From: a virus
Lineage: Duplodnaviria > Caudoviricetes
Direction: 5' to 3' (one strand)
DNA: 64,000 bases
IMG/VR virus record: IMGVR_UViG_3300046810_000370
Coordinates: 1,891 to 65,890 of that record
Shown here: piece by piece, positions 28,174 through 37,300 of the stretch
Numbering within the stretch: the first letter of the stretch is position 1
How the letters are laid out: the number at the start of each line of letters is the position of its first letter
Notes under the pieces: model-generated
The model's database searches: none
What the model saw: the letters and a program-made list of their open reading frames with translations, nothing else
What the model was told of the DNA's origin: nothing
Translations under genes and position numbers: made by a program

Positions 28174-28412
28174 CAGTTGTTCTCCTGCTGGTAGAGATGG
28201 ATGTACGACTTGTCCTCGGCGGTGTTCAGCCGGGACTCTTCGACGTCGGCCGCCAGCGCGGTGGCCAGGTACTCGGTGGCGAAGTTTTCGAGGGTGTCGG
28301 CGCTCTGGGCACCGGGCAGTTCCTCGGAGTCGACGGTGATCTCGGCACCGAACTCGACCCACTCGAAGTTGCCCATGCTGACGTGGTGCTTGGCACTCCG
28401 GGTGATCTTCAC
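28173..28412 (-). CDS. hypothetical protein
   Basis: GTG start with overlaps on both sides. Confidence 0.6.
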   Translation of the reverse strand: MKITRSAKHHVSMGNFEWVEFGAEITVDSEELPGAQSADTLENFATEYLATALAADVEESRLNTAEDKSYIHLYQQENN

Positions 28413-28870
28413 TGCTCGGCCAGCCTCTTGAAGAGGTCGAGGACGCGGGCGCTGAAGTTGGTGCTCTTGATGGGCTTCTGGTGCGAGACCAGGACGCCTT
28501 CCTCGTGCGCGATGCGGACCACGCCTTCGATCTGCTCGCGGGTGTAGAGGCGGCGCCGGCCGCGTACGTCGTCGTCCCGGCCCGGGGACTGGTAGGTGCT
28601 CTTGGGGATGACTCCCTCGCGCTCCCACTTCCGGATGGTCACCGGCTGCCGGCCGAGGGCCTGGGCGAACTGGCCGACGGTGAAGAACTCGGTCTCCACT
28701 CCGGCCACGACGTACTTACGGGGCTTGGCGTCCCAGTCGGCCGCCGACTTGGCGGCCTTGGTATGAAGCCCGTTGCGACCCTGGTGCCGCACGATCGGCT
28801 TGGTGGATCCGGGGTAGAACTCCTCGCCGAGGTCGGCGAAGTCCTGCTCGATGCTGGCCAGCGTGGTCAT
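28409..28870 (-). CDS. MerR-like HTH DNA-binding protein
   Basis: FTVGQFAQALGRQPVTIRKWEREGVIP...RRLYT. Confidence 0.8.
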   Translation of the reverse strand: MTTLASIEQDFADLGEEFYPGSTKPIVRHQGRNGLHTKAAKSAADWDAKPRKYVVAGVETEFFTVGQFAQALGRQPVTIRKWEREGVIPKSTYQSPGRDDDVRGRRRLYTREQIEGVVRIAHEEGVLVSHQKPIKSTNFSARVLDLFKRLAEQ

Positions 28871-28885
28871 GTGGTGGTGCTCCGA

Positions 28886-29362
28886 TCAGCCGCGAATGGG
28901 CTTGAAGGCGTACGAGACGTTCTCGGTGAACAGGGCGTCGAGTTCCTCGTCGCTGATGACGCCCTCCTGGTTGAGGACGTACAACTCGTCCTGGTCCAGG
29001 ACGGTCGTGGTGACCTCCTTGAAGACGCGGTCGCGGATTCCCTTGGTGTTGACCAGGTTGTCGACGGCGTCCTCGTCCAGGCCGATGGAGACGCGCTTCT
29101 CGCGCTTGACGGACACGAACTTCTGTCCGTTGACCTCGATGGGGGCCGGGAGGTCCCAGAACTTCGAGCCCTTCTCGTCGGTCTCCCCGGAGGCGTCCAC
29201 GTAGGCGCTGATCTCATCGCGCAAGTGGTTCTTGCGGGTCACGACCTGGGTCTCCTGGAACTTCAGGACCAGGAACTGTCGGACCTTCTCGACGGGGGAC
29301 TCGGGGTCGAGGTTGATGGGCTTCTCGACCCGGCGGGTGGTGCGTCTCTGAACGGTAGCCAT
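28886..29362 (-). CDS. hypothetical protein
   Basis: 158 aa ORF downstream of a promoter. Confidence 0.7.
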   Translation of the reverse strand: MATVQRRTTRRVEKPINLDPESPVEKVRQFLVLKFQETQVVTRKNHLRDEISAYVDASGETDEKGSKFWDLPAPIEVNGQKFVSVKREKRVSIGLDEDAVDNLVNTKGIRDRVFKEVTTTVLDQDELYVLNQEGVISDEELDALFTENVSYAFKPIRG

Positions 29363-29410
29363 AGAGCGGAGGCTCTCTTTCTTCCGGAGTAGTTGATCGA
29401 TCGAGTAGTG

Positions 29411-29439
29411 ACTCTACACTACTGATACTTGGTTGTCGA
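29411..29439 (-). promoter_or_regulatory. putative sigma70-type promoter
   Basis: TCGACA-17 nt-TAGAGT. Confidence 0.55.
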
Positions 29440-29457
29440 TTCCCGATTACTGATTCT

Positions 29458-29835
29458 TCAGTACGAGATTCCGTCAACCTGCGAGGGAACCGCCTGACCC
29501 AGGCGAGTGGTGCGACGCTTCGCGTAGCGCTGTGCGTCGGCGTCCGTCTGGTCCTTGCGGACGGACGTCTCGGCGACGTCCTGGTAGACGGTGACCACAC
29601 GGCGCTCGACCGGGTCGATGACGGCTACGAGGTCCCCTCGCACGTGGCGAACCTGTCCAGGAACGCGGCCCGAGGGGTAAGTATGAAGCGGCTTGTTTGC
29701 CGCGAGGAGCACGTCTTCGCTGGTCCAGCCCTTGGCGGTGGCCTGCTGCTGTGCGTGGTAGGTGAGCCGGAACTCCGGCGCGTCAGTCGCGTTGGCAGCC
29801 CAGGCGATGCCCAGGCATTCGGCGATGGTGGCCAT
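29458..29835 (-). CDS. DUF4258-like small protein (RelE/BrnT-type RNase fold candidate)
   Basis: FRLTYHAQQQATAKGWTSEDV...P...GDLVAVID...VVTVY pattern; AGGAGG RBS. Confidence 0.6.
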   Translation of the reverse strand: MATIAECLGIAWAANATDAPEFRLTYHAQQQATAKGWTSEDVLLAANKPLHTYPSGRVPGQVRHVRGDLVAVIDPVERRVVTVYQDVAETSVRKDQTDADAQRYAKRRTTRLGQAVPSQVDGISY

Positions 29836-29882
29836 CTCGGTCCTCCTTCGTTCGAGCCCTTGTTCGAGGGCTTGTGAGGGAG

Positions 29883-29937
29883 ACTCTACGGACCGTGTCG
29901 TTTCATTGTCAACGGATTTCGCCGATCCGTTTGACAA
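29883..29937 (-). promoter_or_regulatory. sigma70-type promoter with inverted repeat over -35
   Basis: TTGACA-18 nt-TAGAGT; TTGTCAACGGAT...ATCCGTTTGACAA dyad at 29906-29937. Confidence 0.7.
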
Positions 29938-30139
29938 CCTCACCAGCGGTCGAGGACGGCACCGCGCAGAGCCAGTCGGACGGGAGTCAAGTCCCAGTCC
30001 TCCCGCTCATCCGGAGGGTTGAGGACGTCCTCCAGCCCCTCGCGGAGCAGGACGTCGAGTGGTTCTTCTCGCATACTTCGATACTGACATGCGATTACTG
30101 GTTTAGAACCACTCGACGTCCGGCGTGCGATCCTGGAAG

Positions 30140-31783
30140 TTACGCCGCTTCCAGGCACTGCGTGAGCGTCATCAGGTCGTTCTCGATGCGCCCCTTGTCG
30201 TCAGCACCACGGCCGTCGGTGATGGCCGAGCCCACCCGCCTCTTGTGCGCGAGCATGGCGTACTTCCTGGGCTCGGTGGTGCCCTGCGTGATCGCGTTCA
30301 GCACATAGATGTTCTTGAACAGGCTGCTCGCGCGGTCGTGCCTCTTGTTGATCTGGTCCTGCTTGCCGCTGCTCCACGCGAGGTCGTAGTTGATCAAGTA
30401 GTTGGCCATCCACAGGTCGGTGCCGAAGGCGCCAGCGTGGCTGGACAGGAACACCCGGCAGCCCTCCTCCGTCTCGAACCGGCTCGCCGCGTACGCCTTG
30501 GCGCCGGCACTCATCCGGCCCGTGTACGTGACGGCCACACCCTCCGGCAGACGGTCGGCGATCAGGTCGAGCATGTCCGGGTTCACCGAGAAGACGATCA
30601 CCTTGTTCTTCGGTGTCGCCAGGATGCGTTCGACCGACTCCACCACGGCGTCCAACTTCGGGGTCGCGATGACGTCATCGAGCACGCCGTCCTGCCACAC
30701 CTCGTACGCGTACTTCGAGCCGGGCCAGGTCTTCTTCTCGGCCCCGCCCTGCCGCGCGGTCTCGCTCTCCTCGTACCGCTGCCCGGACATGACGATCAGG
30801 TCCGGGTGGTTCAGCAGCATGTCGAGCGCCTGCATGCGGCTCATGATCTTTCCCTGCTGGCTGTTCTCGTTCGGGGTGTCCCCTCCGTGGTAGTGGGCGA
30901 ACAGGTCGAAGTCGGCGTTGTTGGGCCCGAGCGCGTGCAGTTCGGCCAGCAGGTCGGAGGAGATCCGCTTGTAGGCCTTCTTCGTCTTCGGGTCCAGCAC
31001 CACCGGGATGACGTCCTCCTGGACCTTCGGCAGGAACGGCTTGACGTCGTCGTCCAGGCGCGTCTTGCGCACCATGGCGTCGGCGAGTTTGGCGTGCAGG
31101 ACAGGCAGGTTCTTGTAGTGCTGCACGCCGCCGAACTTGTTGCGGACGATGTAGGACTTGTCGTAGAGGTCGAACCGTCCGAGGACCTGGTCGTCGACCC
31201 ACTGCATGATGCTGAACAGTTCCTCGGGCCGGCCGTTCTCCACCGGGGTGCCGGTGAGGGCGTAGCGGTAAGGCGCGGTGAGCCGCTTGATCTTCCGGGT
31301 GCGCTGGGCCTTGAACGTCTTGATCGCGGTCGCCTCGTCCAGGACGATGCACTCCGGCTTGATCCGGCGTACGTAGTTCCAGTCGTTGACGACGTTCTCG
31401 TAGCCCATGATCACGAAGTCCGGGCGGTACGTCTTCACCTTGACGTACTGGCCGGCCCGCTTCTTGGTGTCGCCGTCGATGAGGATGCAGTACTCCTCCG
31501 TCGGCACGGTGATCTCCTGCACCTGCCCGTCCTCGCGGACCTTGATGACCCGGGTGGGGACGTCGGTGAGTTTGGCGATCTGCTTGGCCCACTGGTACTT
31601 GAGCGAGGCCGGCACCACGATGACGGTGGTCTCGACCTCGCCCTCGGCCAGCAGCTCCTCGATGGCGGCCAGGGCGATGGGCGTCTTGCCCAGGCCCATC
31701 TCGTAGGCGATAAGGAGGGACCCGCGCTCGACGGCGCGGGCCACGGCATCCTCCTGGTACGGGTGCAGGTCGATGGTCAGCAC
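30140..31783 (-). CDS. SNF2-family helicase
   Basis: EMGLGKT, VLDEAT, LTGTPVEN, GAFGTDL, Q...RHDR. Confidence 0.9.
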   Translation of the reverse strand: MLTIDLHPYQEDAVARAVERGSLLIAYEMGLGKTPIALAAIEELLAEGEVETTVIVVPASLKYQWAKQIAKLTDVPTRVIKVREDGQVQEITVPTEEYCILIDGDTKKRAGQYVKVKTYRPDFVIMGYENVVNDWNYVRRIKPECIVLDEATAIKTFKAQRTRKIKRLTAPYRYALTGTPVENGRPEELFSIMQWVDDQVLGRFDLYDKSYIVRNKFGGVQHYKNLPVLHAKLADAMVRKTRLDDDVKPFLPKVQEDVIPVVLDPKTKKAYKRISSDLLAELHALGPNNADFDLFAHYHGGDTPNENSQQGKIMSRMQALDMLLNHPDLIVMSGQRYEESETARQGGAEKKTWPGSKYAYEVWQDGVLDDVIATPKLDAVVESVERILATPKNKVIVFSVNPDMLDLIADRLPEGVAVTYTGRMSAGAKAYAASRFETEEGCRVFLSSHAGAFGTDLWMANYLINYDLAWSSGKQDQINKRHDRASSLFKNIYVLNAITQGTTEPRKYAMLAHKRRVGSAITDGRGADDKGRIENDLMTLTQCLEAA

Positions 31784-32073
31784 TGGTTGTACTGCCGGTT
31801 GAACTGACGCTGCGAGCGCGGGCGCTTGGGGAACGGATCCTGGTAGGGGTAGGTCCCGTCCTGGATGTGGTCCGGGTTGGCACACATGTGCCGGCGGCAG
31901 GCACGGTGCTTGGTGCGCCGGTCGCCTCCGGTCAGGTACGACAGCAGGCTCTGGCCCTGGTAGTAGGCCCGGGTGGCGTTGCACTGGAAGATCAGGCAGT
32001 CCGTGTCCGGGTCGGGCTCCACGCGGTCCCAGAAGCCCTGCCCGAGGTGCTCGTATCCGTCAGGCGCCTGCAT
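31777..32073 (-). CDS. HNH-like small protein
   Basis: FWDRV...DCLIF...HRAC...CANPDHI. Confidence 0.55.
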   Translation of the reverse strand: MQAPDGYEHLGQGFWDRVEPDPDTDCLIFQCNATRAYYQGQSLLSYLTGGDRRTKHRACRRHMCANPDHIQDGTYPYQDPFPKRPRSQRQFNRQYNQC

Positions 32074-32260
32074 GTTCGGCCTCCGGCTGGGAGGTCATGT
32101 GGAAGCCCTTGCACGTCGGGCACGGGTAGACGCGGCACGGGACCTTCTCGCGGTCGGCGTCGTGCTTGCGCTGGATGCGCTGCATGTCGAGGACGGCAGC
32201 GATCTCGTCTCGGAATCGGCGCTTGCCGCAGGTATGAAGTCGTCGCTTGTTGTAGGGCAT
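32060..32260 (-). CDS. small zinc-binding protein
   Basis: CGKRRF...RVYPCPTCKGFHMT. Confidence 0.7.
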   Translation of the reverse strand: MPYNKRRLHTCGKRRFRDEIAAVLDMQRIQRKHDADREKVPCRVYPCPTCKGFHMTSQPEAEHAGA

Positions 32261-33219
32261 CAGAACCTCGCTATGACGGATGAGTAGGCGTTGCGGACGG
32301 CGTTCTTGAGGGCGTCGGCCCCCATCTCGCCGGGGTCCTTGTAGGGCGCGGTGCCGTAGTCCAGGAACTTCAGAGCCAGGCCTCGGCCGGTCCACTCCTG
32401 GCGCAGGCGCTTGCAGGTCTCGGCGCCCGCGTTGTCGTTGTCGAGCGCGACGATGAGGGTGTCGAAGTGGTCGCGGACCAGGGACATCTGGACGTCGGAG
32501 ACTCCGGCGCCGAACGAGGCGAGGCCGGCGGGGAACCCGGCGGCGCGCAGGCGGGCCACGTCCAGAGGGGACTCGACCAGGATGGCCGTGTCGCCCTCGT
32601 AGGTATGAAGCCCGAAGAGCGTCTTCGACTTGGCCATGCCCGGCGGCCGGTTGCGGAAGTAGCGGGCGTTCTTCTCCTGCCAGCCCCACAGCATCCCGGT
32701 GTCGGGGTCGCGGACGGGGATGATCCACATCTCCCGCTCGGCGTCCCACAGGATTCCGCAGGCCTCCGCGTCCTCCGGCATGAAGAAGCGCTTGGAGCAC
32801 TCCTCCAGCGGCGGGGTGACGTACAGGGCCAGCGACGCCTCGTTGATCTGCTTGGTCGTGTCGACCGTCTTGGGGTCAGCCTTCTTCGCCAGGAACTTCT
32901 TGACCCGCTCGATCCCGCCGCGCTGGCGGACCCAGGCGACCGCGTCGCCGTACGGGAGGTCGAGCATGTCCTTCACGAGGACGACGAACGGGCCCTGGTA
33001 CCGGCAGGAGAAGCAGTTGAAATATCCGGCGTCGTAGTTTATGGAAAAGGATGGGTGCTTGTCTTTCTTTCCGGTCCGCGCCTCGTGCATCGGGCACGGC
33101 ATGTGAATCTCGTCGCCGCTGACCTTGTAGTCCAGGCCAATCTCGTCCAGGCAGGCCGTCACGTTGCCGGGAATCGGCGTTCCGACGGCGTCCCAGCCTT
33201 TCGCTCTCGCGGTCCTCAT
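32260..33219 (-). CDS. DNA primase (CHC2 zinc finger + TOPRIM)
   Basis: CPMH...FNCFSC; LVESPLD; LDNDNAG. Confidence 0.9.
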   Translation of the reverse strand: MRTARAKGWDAVGTPIPGNVTACLDEIGLDYKVSGDEIHMPCPMHEARTGKKDKHPSFSINYDAGYFNCFSCRYQGPFVVLVKDMLDLPYGDAVAWVRQRGGIERVKKFLAKKADPKTVDTTKQINEASLALYVTPPLEECSKRFFMPEDAEACGILWDAEREMWIIPVRDPDTGMLWGWQEKNARYFRNRPPGMAKSKTLFGLHTYEGDTAILVESPLDVARLRAAGFPAGLASFGAGVSDVQMSLVRDHFDTLIVALDNDNAGAETCKRLRQEWTGRGLALKFLDYGTAPYKDPGEMGADALKNAVRNAYSSVIARF

Positions 33220-33461
33220 CGCTCCCTCTCCTCCAGGTATTTCAAGTAGTCGGCCATTTCGTATGCGTCACGGCGCATGTACCAGGTGCCGTATGTGATG
33301 TAGCGGACCGGCCCGAGTCCCCGGAGCCGGTACATTTCGCTGGCGTAGATCAGATTCCGGTCACGGGGATTGCGCTCGTTCTCGTAGCACCAGTGGATGA
33401 ACTCGCGGTAGTTCCCTGCGAGGACCACCAGCCGACGATCAGAAGGCACCGACGTATCCAT
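33216..33461 (-). CDS. hypothetical protein
   Basis: 81 aa ORF between helicase and primase. Confidence 0.6.
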   Translation of the reverse strand: MDTSVPSDRRLVVLAGNYREFIHWCYENERNPRDRNLIYASEMYRLRGLGPVRYITYGTWYMRRDAYEMADYLKYLEERER

Positions 33462-34704
33462 CGGTGTTCGCCTCGTCCATGGCGAAGGGGTCCTCGTTCA
33501 GTTCCTCGAACTTGCCGGTCTCCCAGTCCCACTGGCAGTACGTCTCCAGGGGCGGGCAGTTACGGGCCAGGACGACCTTGATCTTGTTGATGTTCGCGTC
33601 GTCCGTGGATTCGACACCGAGGATGACGTCGGAGTCCTGGGCGAAGGAGGACGAATATCCGATCGAGTCGGAAGTGATGCCCTTCTTCTTGTTCATCTTC
33701 CATTCCAGGACCTGCGTGGAAATGACGATCGGTATCTGAAGGTTCTTCGCCATGCGCTTGAACCCTCGGGTGAGATTGGTGAGCGCCTGACTGGATCCCT
33801 GAGCCTCGCCGAGTTCGTCCTGCATCATGTAGATGCCGTCCACGAATACGATCGTCGGCCGAATGGCGTCGATCTTCGACTGCACGCCGGTGAGCGTCGT
33901 CGCATTCATGGAGTCCGAGGAGAGGAAGAACGAGGGCATTGCCTCAAGTTCCCGGAGGGCCCTTTCGAGTTTGTCCCACTCGACCTTCTTCAGGGTTCCG
34001 TTCCTCAGCCGGGCGTGGGAAATCCCCGCGCGGATGGCATCGAAACGTTCCTCCTGCTCCTCATTCGACATTTCGAAGCCGATGAAAAGCGGGCGTTCGC
34101 CGTACAGGTGCGCAGCCATGGCGGCCAACAACAGCAGCGTGGACTTGCCGGCCTTCGGCGGGCCGACGAAGGTGACCAACTGCTCCTTCTGGAGGCCCTG
34201 GGTGGCCCTGTCGATCGTGTTGAAGCCGGTGGGTACACCGCGCAGCCCGTCGGGCAGGTCCTTGAGCGTGAGGTACCGGGCGAGGCGTTCCTGGCCGGTC
34301 TCCGTCAGGTCGGTGTCGCGGGCGTTGGGTACGGCCGAGGCGATGGAGGCCAGGGTGCGCGCGAGCGCCTCCATGGCGGCGTTGGCGTTGCCCTCTTCGT
34401 GTGCGTCGACCGAGTCGGCCAGGCCCTGCTCCAGCAGGGCCAAAGTATGAAGTTCCCGCAGCCGGTCGGTCAGCACGTTCATGCTGTCCTCGACGCGGAC
34501 GAACTTGTAGGTGGGGAAGTCGGTCTTGATGGTGGCGAGGGACGGCACCTCGCCGTAGTTGCCCTTGTGCCGCAAGATCGCCTTGAAGACGGCCCGGTTG
34601 TCCGGGTCGCCGAAGAAGTCGGGGGTGATGCCCGCGTCCGCGACAGGTGCCAGGTCCTTGTCCTGGATGACGCGGGAGACGAGCAACCGCTCGAAGTCCG
34701 CCAC
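33439..34704 (-). CDS. dnaB: DnaB-like replicative helicase
   Basis: GVPTGF, GPPKAGKS, FEMS, FVDGI, QDSD. Confidence 0.92.
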   Translation of the reverse strand: MADFERLLVSRVIQDKDLAPVADAGITPDFFGDPDNRAVFKAILRHKGNYGEVPSLATIKTDFPTYKFVRVEDSMNVLTDRLRELHTLALLEQGLADSVDAHEEGNANAAMEALARTLASIASAVPNARDTDLTETGQERLARYLTLKDLPDGLRGVPTGFNTIDRATQGLQKEQLVTFVGPPKAGKSTLLLLAAMAAHLYGERPLFIGFEMSNEEQEERFDAIRAGISHARLRNGTLKKVEWDKLERALRELEAMPSFFLSSDSMNATTLTGVQSKIDAIRPTIVFVDGIYMMQDELGEAQGSSQALTNLTRGFKRMAKNLQIPIVISTQVLEWKMNKKKGITSDSIGYSSSFAQDSDVILGVESTDDANINKIKVVLARNCPPLETYCQWDWETGKFEELNEDPFAMDEANTDGYVGAF

Positions 34705-35147
34705 TACATAGCCCCTATAAGAGTCGTGGGTACGGCCGGGAGCATGCGTCCCTTGCTGCCGTAGATCAGGTGGTTGGTGTTGTCGAAGACGGCCGCGACG
34801 TCAGGCATGTGGGCCAGGCGGCGGGCCAGCTTCCTCGGGTCGTCGGACCAGACGCGGCCGATGGGCAGGCCCTCGATGTCCAGGCGCCACTCGACGGCTT
34901 CGGCGAACTCGTCGCCCAGGTAGGTGATGACGTCCACCGAGTACCGGAAGCGCCAGACCGTGTCCCAGATGACGTGGGCCAGCGGCTCGTTGATCTCGTA
35001 GGCCTTCACCGCGCGCTTCCACTGGTGCGCCCGGCGGGCCACTGATTCGCCGGCGCGGGCGCGGGTGGTGGGCAGGTTGCCCAGCAGGCCTTCGAAGACC
35101 AGGACCATGCGGGGGCTGACCTCGTTGGAGATGTCGCCGCCCTGCAT
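34704..35147 (-). CDS. hypothetical protein (HAD-like)
   Basis: MQGGDISNE...VLVFEGLL; overlaps neighbours by 1 nt. Confidence 0.6.
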   Translation of the reverse strand: MQGGDISNEVSPRMVLVFEGLLGNLPTTRARAGESVARRAHQWKRAVKAYEINEPLAHVIWDTVWRFRYSVDVITYLGDEFAEAVEWRLDIEGLPIGRVWSDDPRKLARRLAHMPDVAAVFDNTNHLIYGSKGRMLPAVPTTLIGAM

Positions 35148-35389
35148 CAGGTTCGCTCCGCCTCGGCGCGGAGCTGGATATGAAGCCAGTTGCCGCGACG
35201 TTCGCGGTGGGTGTCCCAAGTCCGGACGGTGAACCCGAGGACCCGCGCGGTGTGCATGGCGCGCCAGATCAGGCGCTGGGTTTCGGAGTGGATGGCGCCC
35301 CGGCCGGCCACGGCCTGGTGGAGTTCCCCTTTGTGGAGAATCACCAAAACCTCGTCCTTGAAGGGGAGGACCAGTTGCTCATGCGGCAC
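35147..35389 (-). CDS. hypothetical protein
   Basis: 80 aa ORF filling gap, carries in-frame motif. Confidence 0.55.
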   Translation of the reverse strand: MPHEQLVLPFKDEVLVILHKGELHQAVAGRGAIHSETQRLIWRAMHTARVLGFTVRTWDTHRERRGNWLHIQLRAEAERT

Positions 35390-36038
35390 GGCGGTCTGCT
35401 CCTACCAGGGTGAGGTGGGTGAAGGCCTCCTGGATGAAGGAGCCCATCGTGGGGTTGTAGATGGCGCCCCACTCCCGGGGCGGGACGTTCGAGGTGACCA
35501 GGGTGGGCAAAGCCTCGCGGTGCCGCTGGCGCAGGAGGGTGTCGAGCAGGCCCTCGGCGTAGCCGGTCTTGGTGCGGTGCTCCTTGCCGACGTCGTCCAG
35601 GAGGAGGACGGGGGCCTTCTCGGCCGCCACGATCTTGTCCTGGATCTCCCACCAGCGGGCGACGGCTTCGGGCTCGTGCCGGTCCTGGAGGCCCATCTTC
35701 TCGATGGAGTCCTTCACGAAGTCGGCGTAGGCCAGCCAGTGGACCGGCAGGCGCTTCTCGAAGTAGACGTCCAGGAGCGTGGCGGTGGCCAGTGAGGTCT
35801 TGCCGGTGCCGGGCGGGCCGACGAACAGCAGCCCCTTGCCGATCTGGGACCAGTCCTTGGGGTACTGGTCCAGCGGGCGCTTGTCGGTGACGTAGTGGTC
35901 GCGCAGTTCGTCGAGCCAGGTCTGGCAGGCGGCGCGCTGGGCAGCGTCCGCCACGGTATGAAGTCGCAGGTGGCGGTAGTGCGCCGGGACGCCGTACTCC
36001 TTCAGGCGCAGGGCGTGGACCCGGGGGTCGGTCGCCAT
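35379..36038 (-). CDS. DnaC/IstB-like AAA+ helicase loader
   Basis: GPPGTGKT, LLLDDVGKE, TLVTSN. Confidence 0.85.
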   Translation of the reverse strand: MATDPRVHALRLKEYGVPAHYRHLRLHTVADAAQRAACQTWLDELRDHYVTDKRPLDQYPKDWSQIGKGLLFVGPPGTGKTSLATATLLDVYFEKRLPVHWLAYADFVKDSIEKMGLQDRHEPEAVARWWEIQDKIVAAEKAPVLLLDDVGKEHRTKTGYAEGLLDTLLRQRHREALPTLVTSNVPPREWGAIYNPTMGSFIQEAFTHLTLVGADRRAA

Positions 36039-36121
36039 GGTGGGTACCTCCTGTGGTGGTGGATCAACGTTCAGGAGGCTACCACAGTTATTGCTTTTGA
36101 ATCGATAGTTGGGAATGAGTA

Positions 36122-36151
36122 AGGGGCGGACCGCCGAAGCAGCCCGCCCCT
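36122..36151. terminator. stem-loop
   Basis: AGGGGCGG...CCGCCCCT. Confidence 0.55.
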
Positions 36152-36160
36152 GTGGGTCGG

Positions 36161-37141
36161 TCAGGACCAGTAGTCCTCATTGAACCGGTTGTCCTCCATC
36201 ACGCTGGCGGCCTTGCCCAGTCGCTGGGCCAGCAGGCCACGGGCTGCGAGGAAGTCCTTCCAGGCGACCACGTTGTCCGAGCGCTGCCAGGAGACCGACC
36301 AGTACGTGATGATCATCTGGCGGATCTCGTCGCGCCCGGTGCCCTGTGCCATCCACCGGCCGAAGTTGCCGGTGAGCGCAGAGAGGTTGGCGGCTCCCGG
36401 CACCGGATGGCCGACGTCCTTGGCCCGCTGGTCGAAGAACAAGGCCAGCGTCTCTGAAGGCCGCACGGAGCGTGCCTTACGACTTCGCTGGACCGGAGGG
36501 GCCAGGTCATCATCCGAGGCCGGCACGCGGGCAGCCAGGGACTCTCCCGGATCTTCCGCGTCGAGAGCCTGGGACACCACGTACGCCGGGTCGAGTTCCC
36601 GTTCCGCCTGTTCCCTCTCCAGGGCTTCCTGCTTCCGGGACTTCTTACGGCCGCCACGCTTGGGGGCTGCAACCGCTCCCCAGCCCTTGGAACCCGGCTT
36701 GGGAGGGTCTTCCCCCAGGGCGTCGCCCTGGAGATACGAAGTATCTCTATTACTTCTAGGTTGGTTATTGGGGTTGGGTGAAAACTTCGACACAGGGGGT
36801 GCAGAATCTGCACTGCTGAGGGGTGCAGATTCTGCACTCGCCGGGGCGGAAGGCCACTCCACGACCGGCTTGATGCGCCGGACCACGGACTTGTAGCGCA
36901 GGGCCTCCACGGGGGCCTCGTCGTCCGGTACGTGCTCGACGATCCCCTGCTCCTCCAGGGCCGCCAGCGACGAGTACGCCTGGCGCTTGGAGACACGGGC
37001 CTTGCCCGCGATGGTGTCGGCCGACTCCCAGCACATGCGGTGGGTGTCGTTGGCCGCGTCCGCCAGCGCGAGCAGTACGAGCCTTGTAGCCAGTCGGGTA
37101 TCCGAGTGCGTGAACACCTCGGACATGATCAGGATGCTCAC
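36161..37141 (-). CDS. replication initiator-like protein with N-terminal winged HTH
   Basis: RLVLLALADAAND...CWES..TIA.KARVSKR..Y..L..LEE.G; upstream of loader and helicase. Confidence 0.7.
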   Translation of the reverse strand: MSILIMSEVFTHSDTRLATRLVLLALADAANDTHRMCWESADTIAGKARVSKRQAYSSLAALEEQGIVEHVPDDEAPVEALRYKSVVRRIKPVVEWPSAPASAESAPLSSADSAPPVSKFSPNPNNQPRSNRDTSYLQGDALGEDPPKPGSKGWGAVAAPKRGGRKKSRKQEALEREQAERELDPAYVVSQALDAEDPGESLAARVPASDDDLAPPVQRSRKARSVRPSETLALFFDQRAKDVGHPVPGAANLSALTGNFGRWMAQGTGRDEIRQMIITYWSVSWQRSDNVVAWKDFLAARGLLAQRLGKAASVMEDNRFNEDYWS

Positions 37142-37185
37142 TCGGCGACTCCGAGGAAGCGATAAGTATGAAGCGATATCGCCAT
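37138..37185 (-). CDS. 15-codon leader ORF MAISLHTYRFLGVAE coupled to initiator gene
   Basis: AGGAG RBS, ATG, in-frame CTT-CAT-ACT, TGA overlapping GTG start. Confidence 0.6.
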   Translation of the reverse strand: MAISLHTYRFLGVAE

Positions 37186-37236
37186 GGTAGGTTGACTCCT
37201 ATCTCGGGGTTTGTGGTGGGCCTCGGGGTGTGGTGG

Positions 37237-37295
37237 GCAAAGGCCCCCGGCAGTGGCTTGAGGTCTTGAACCTCGCCAGCGCCGGGGGCCTTTGC
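37237..37295. terminator. long stem-loop
   Basis: GCAAAGGCCCCCGGC...GCCGGGGGCCTTTGC with further internal pairing. Confidence 0.7.
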
Positions 37296-37300
37296 GTTAC

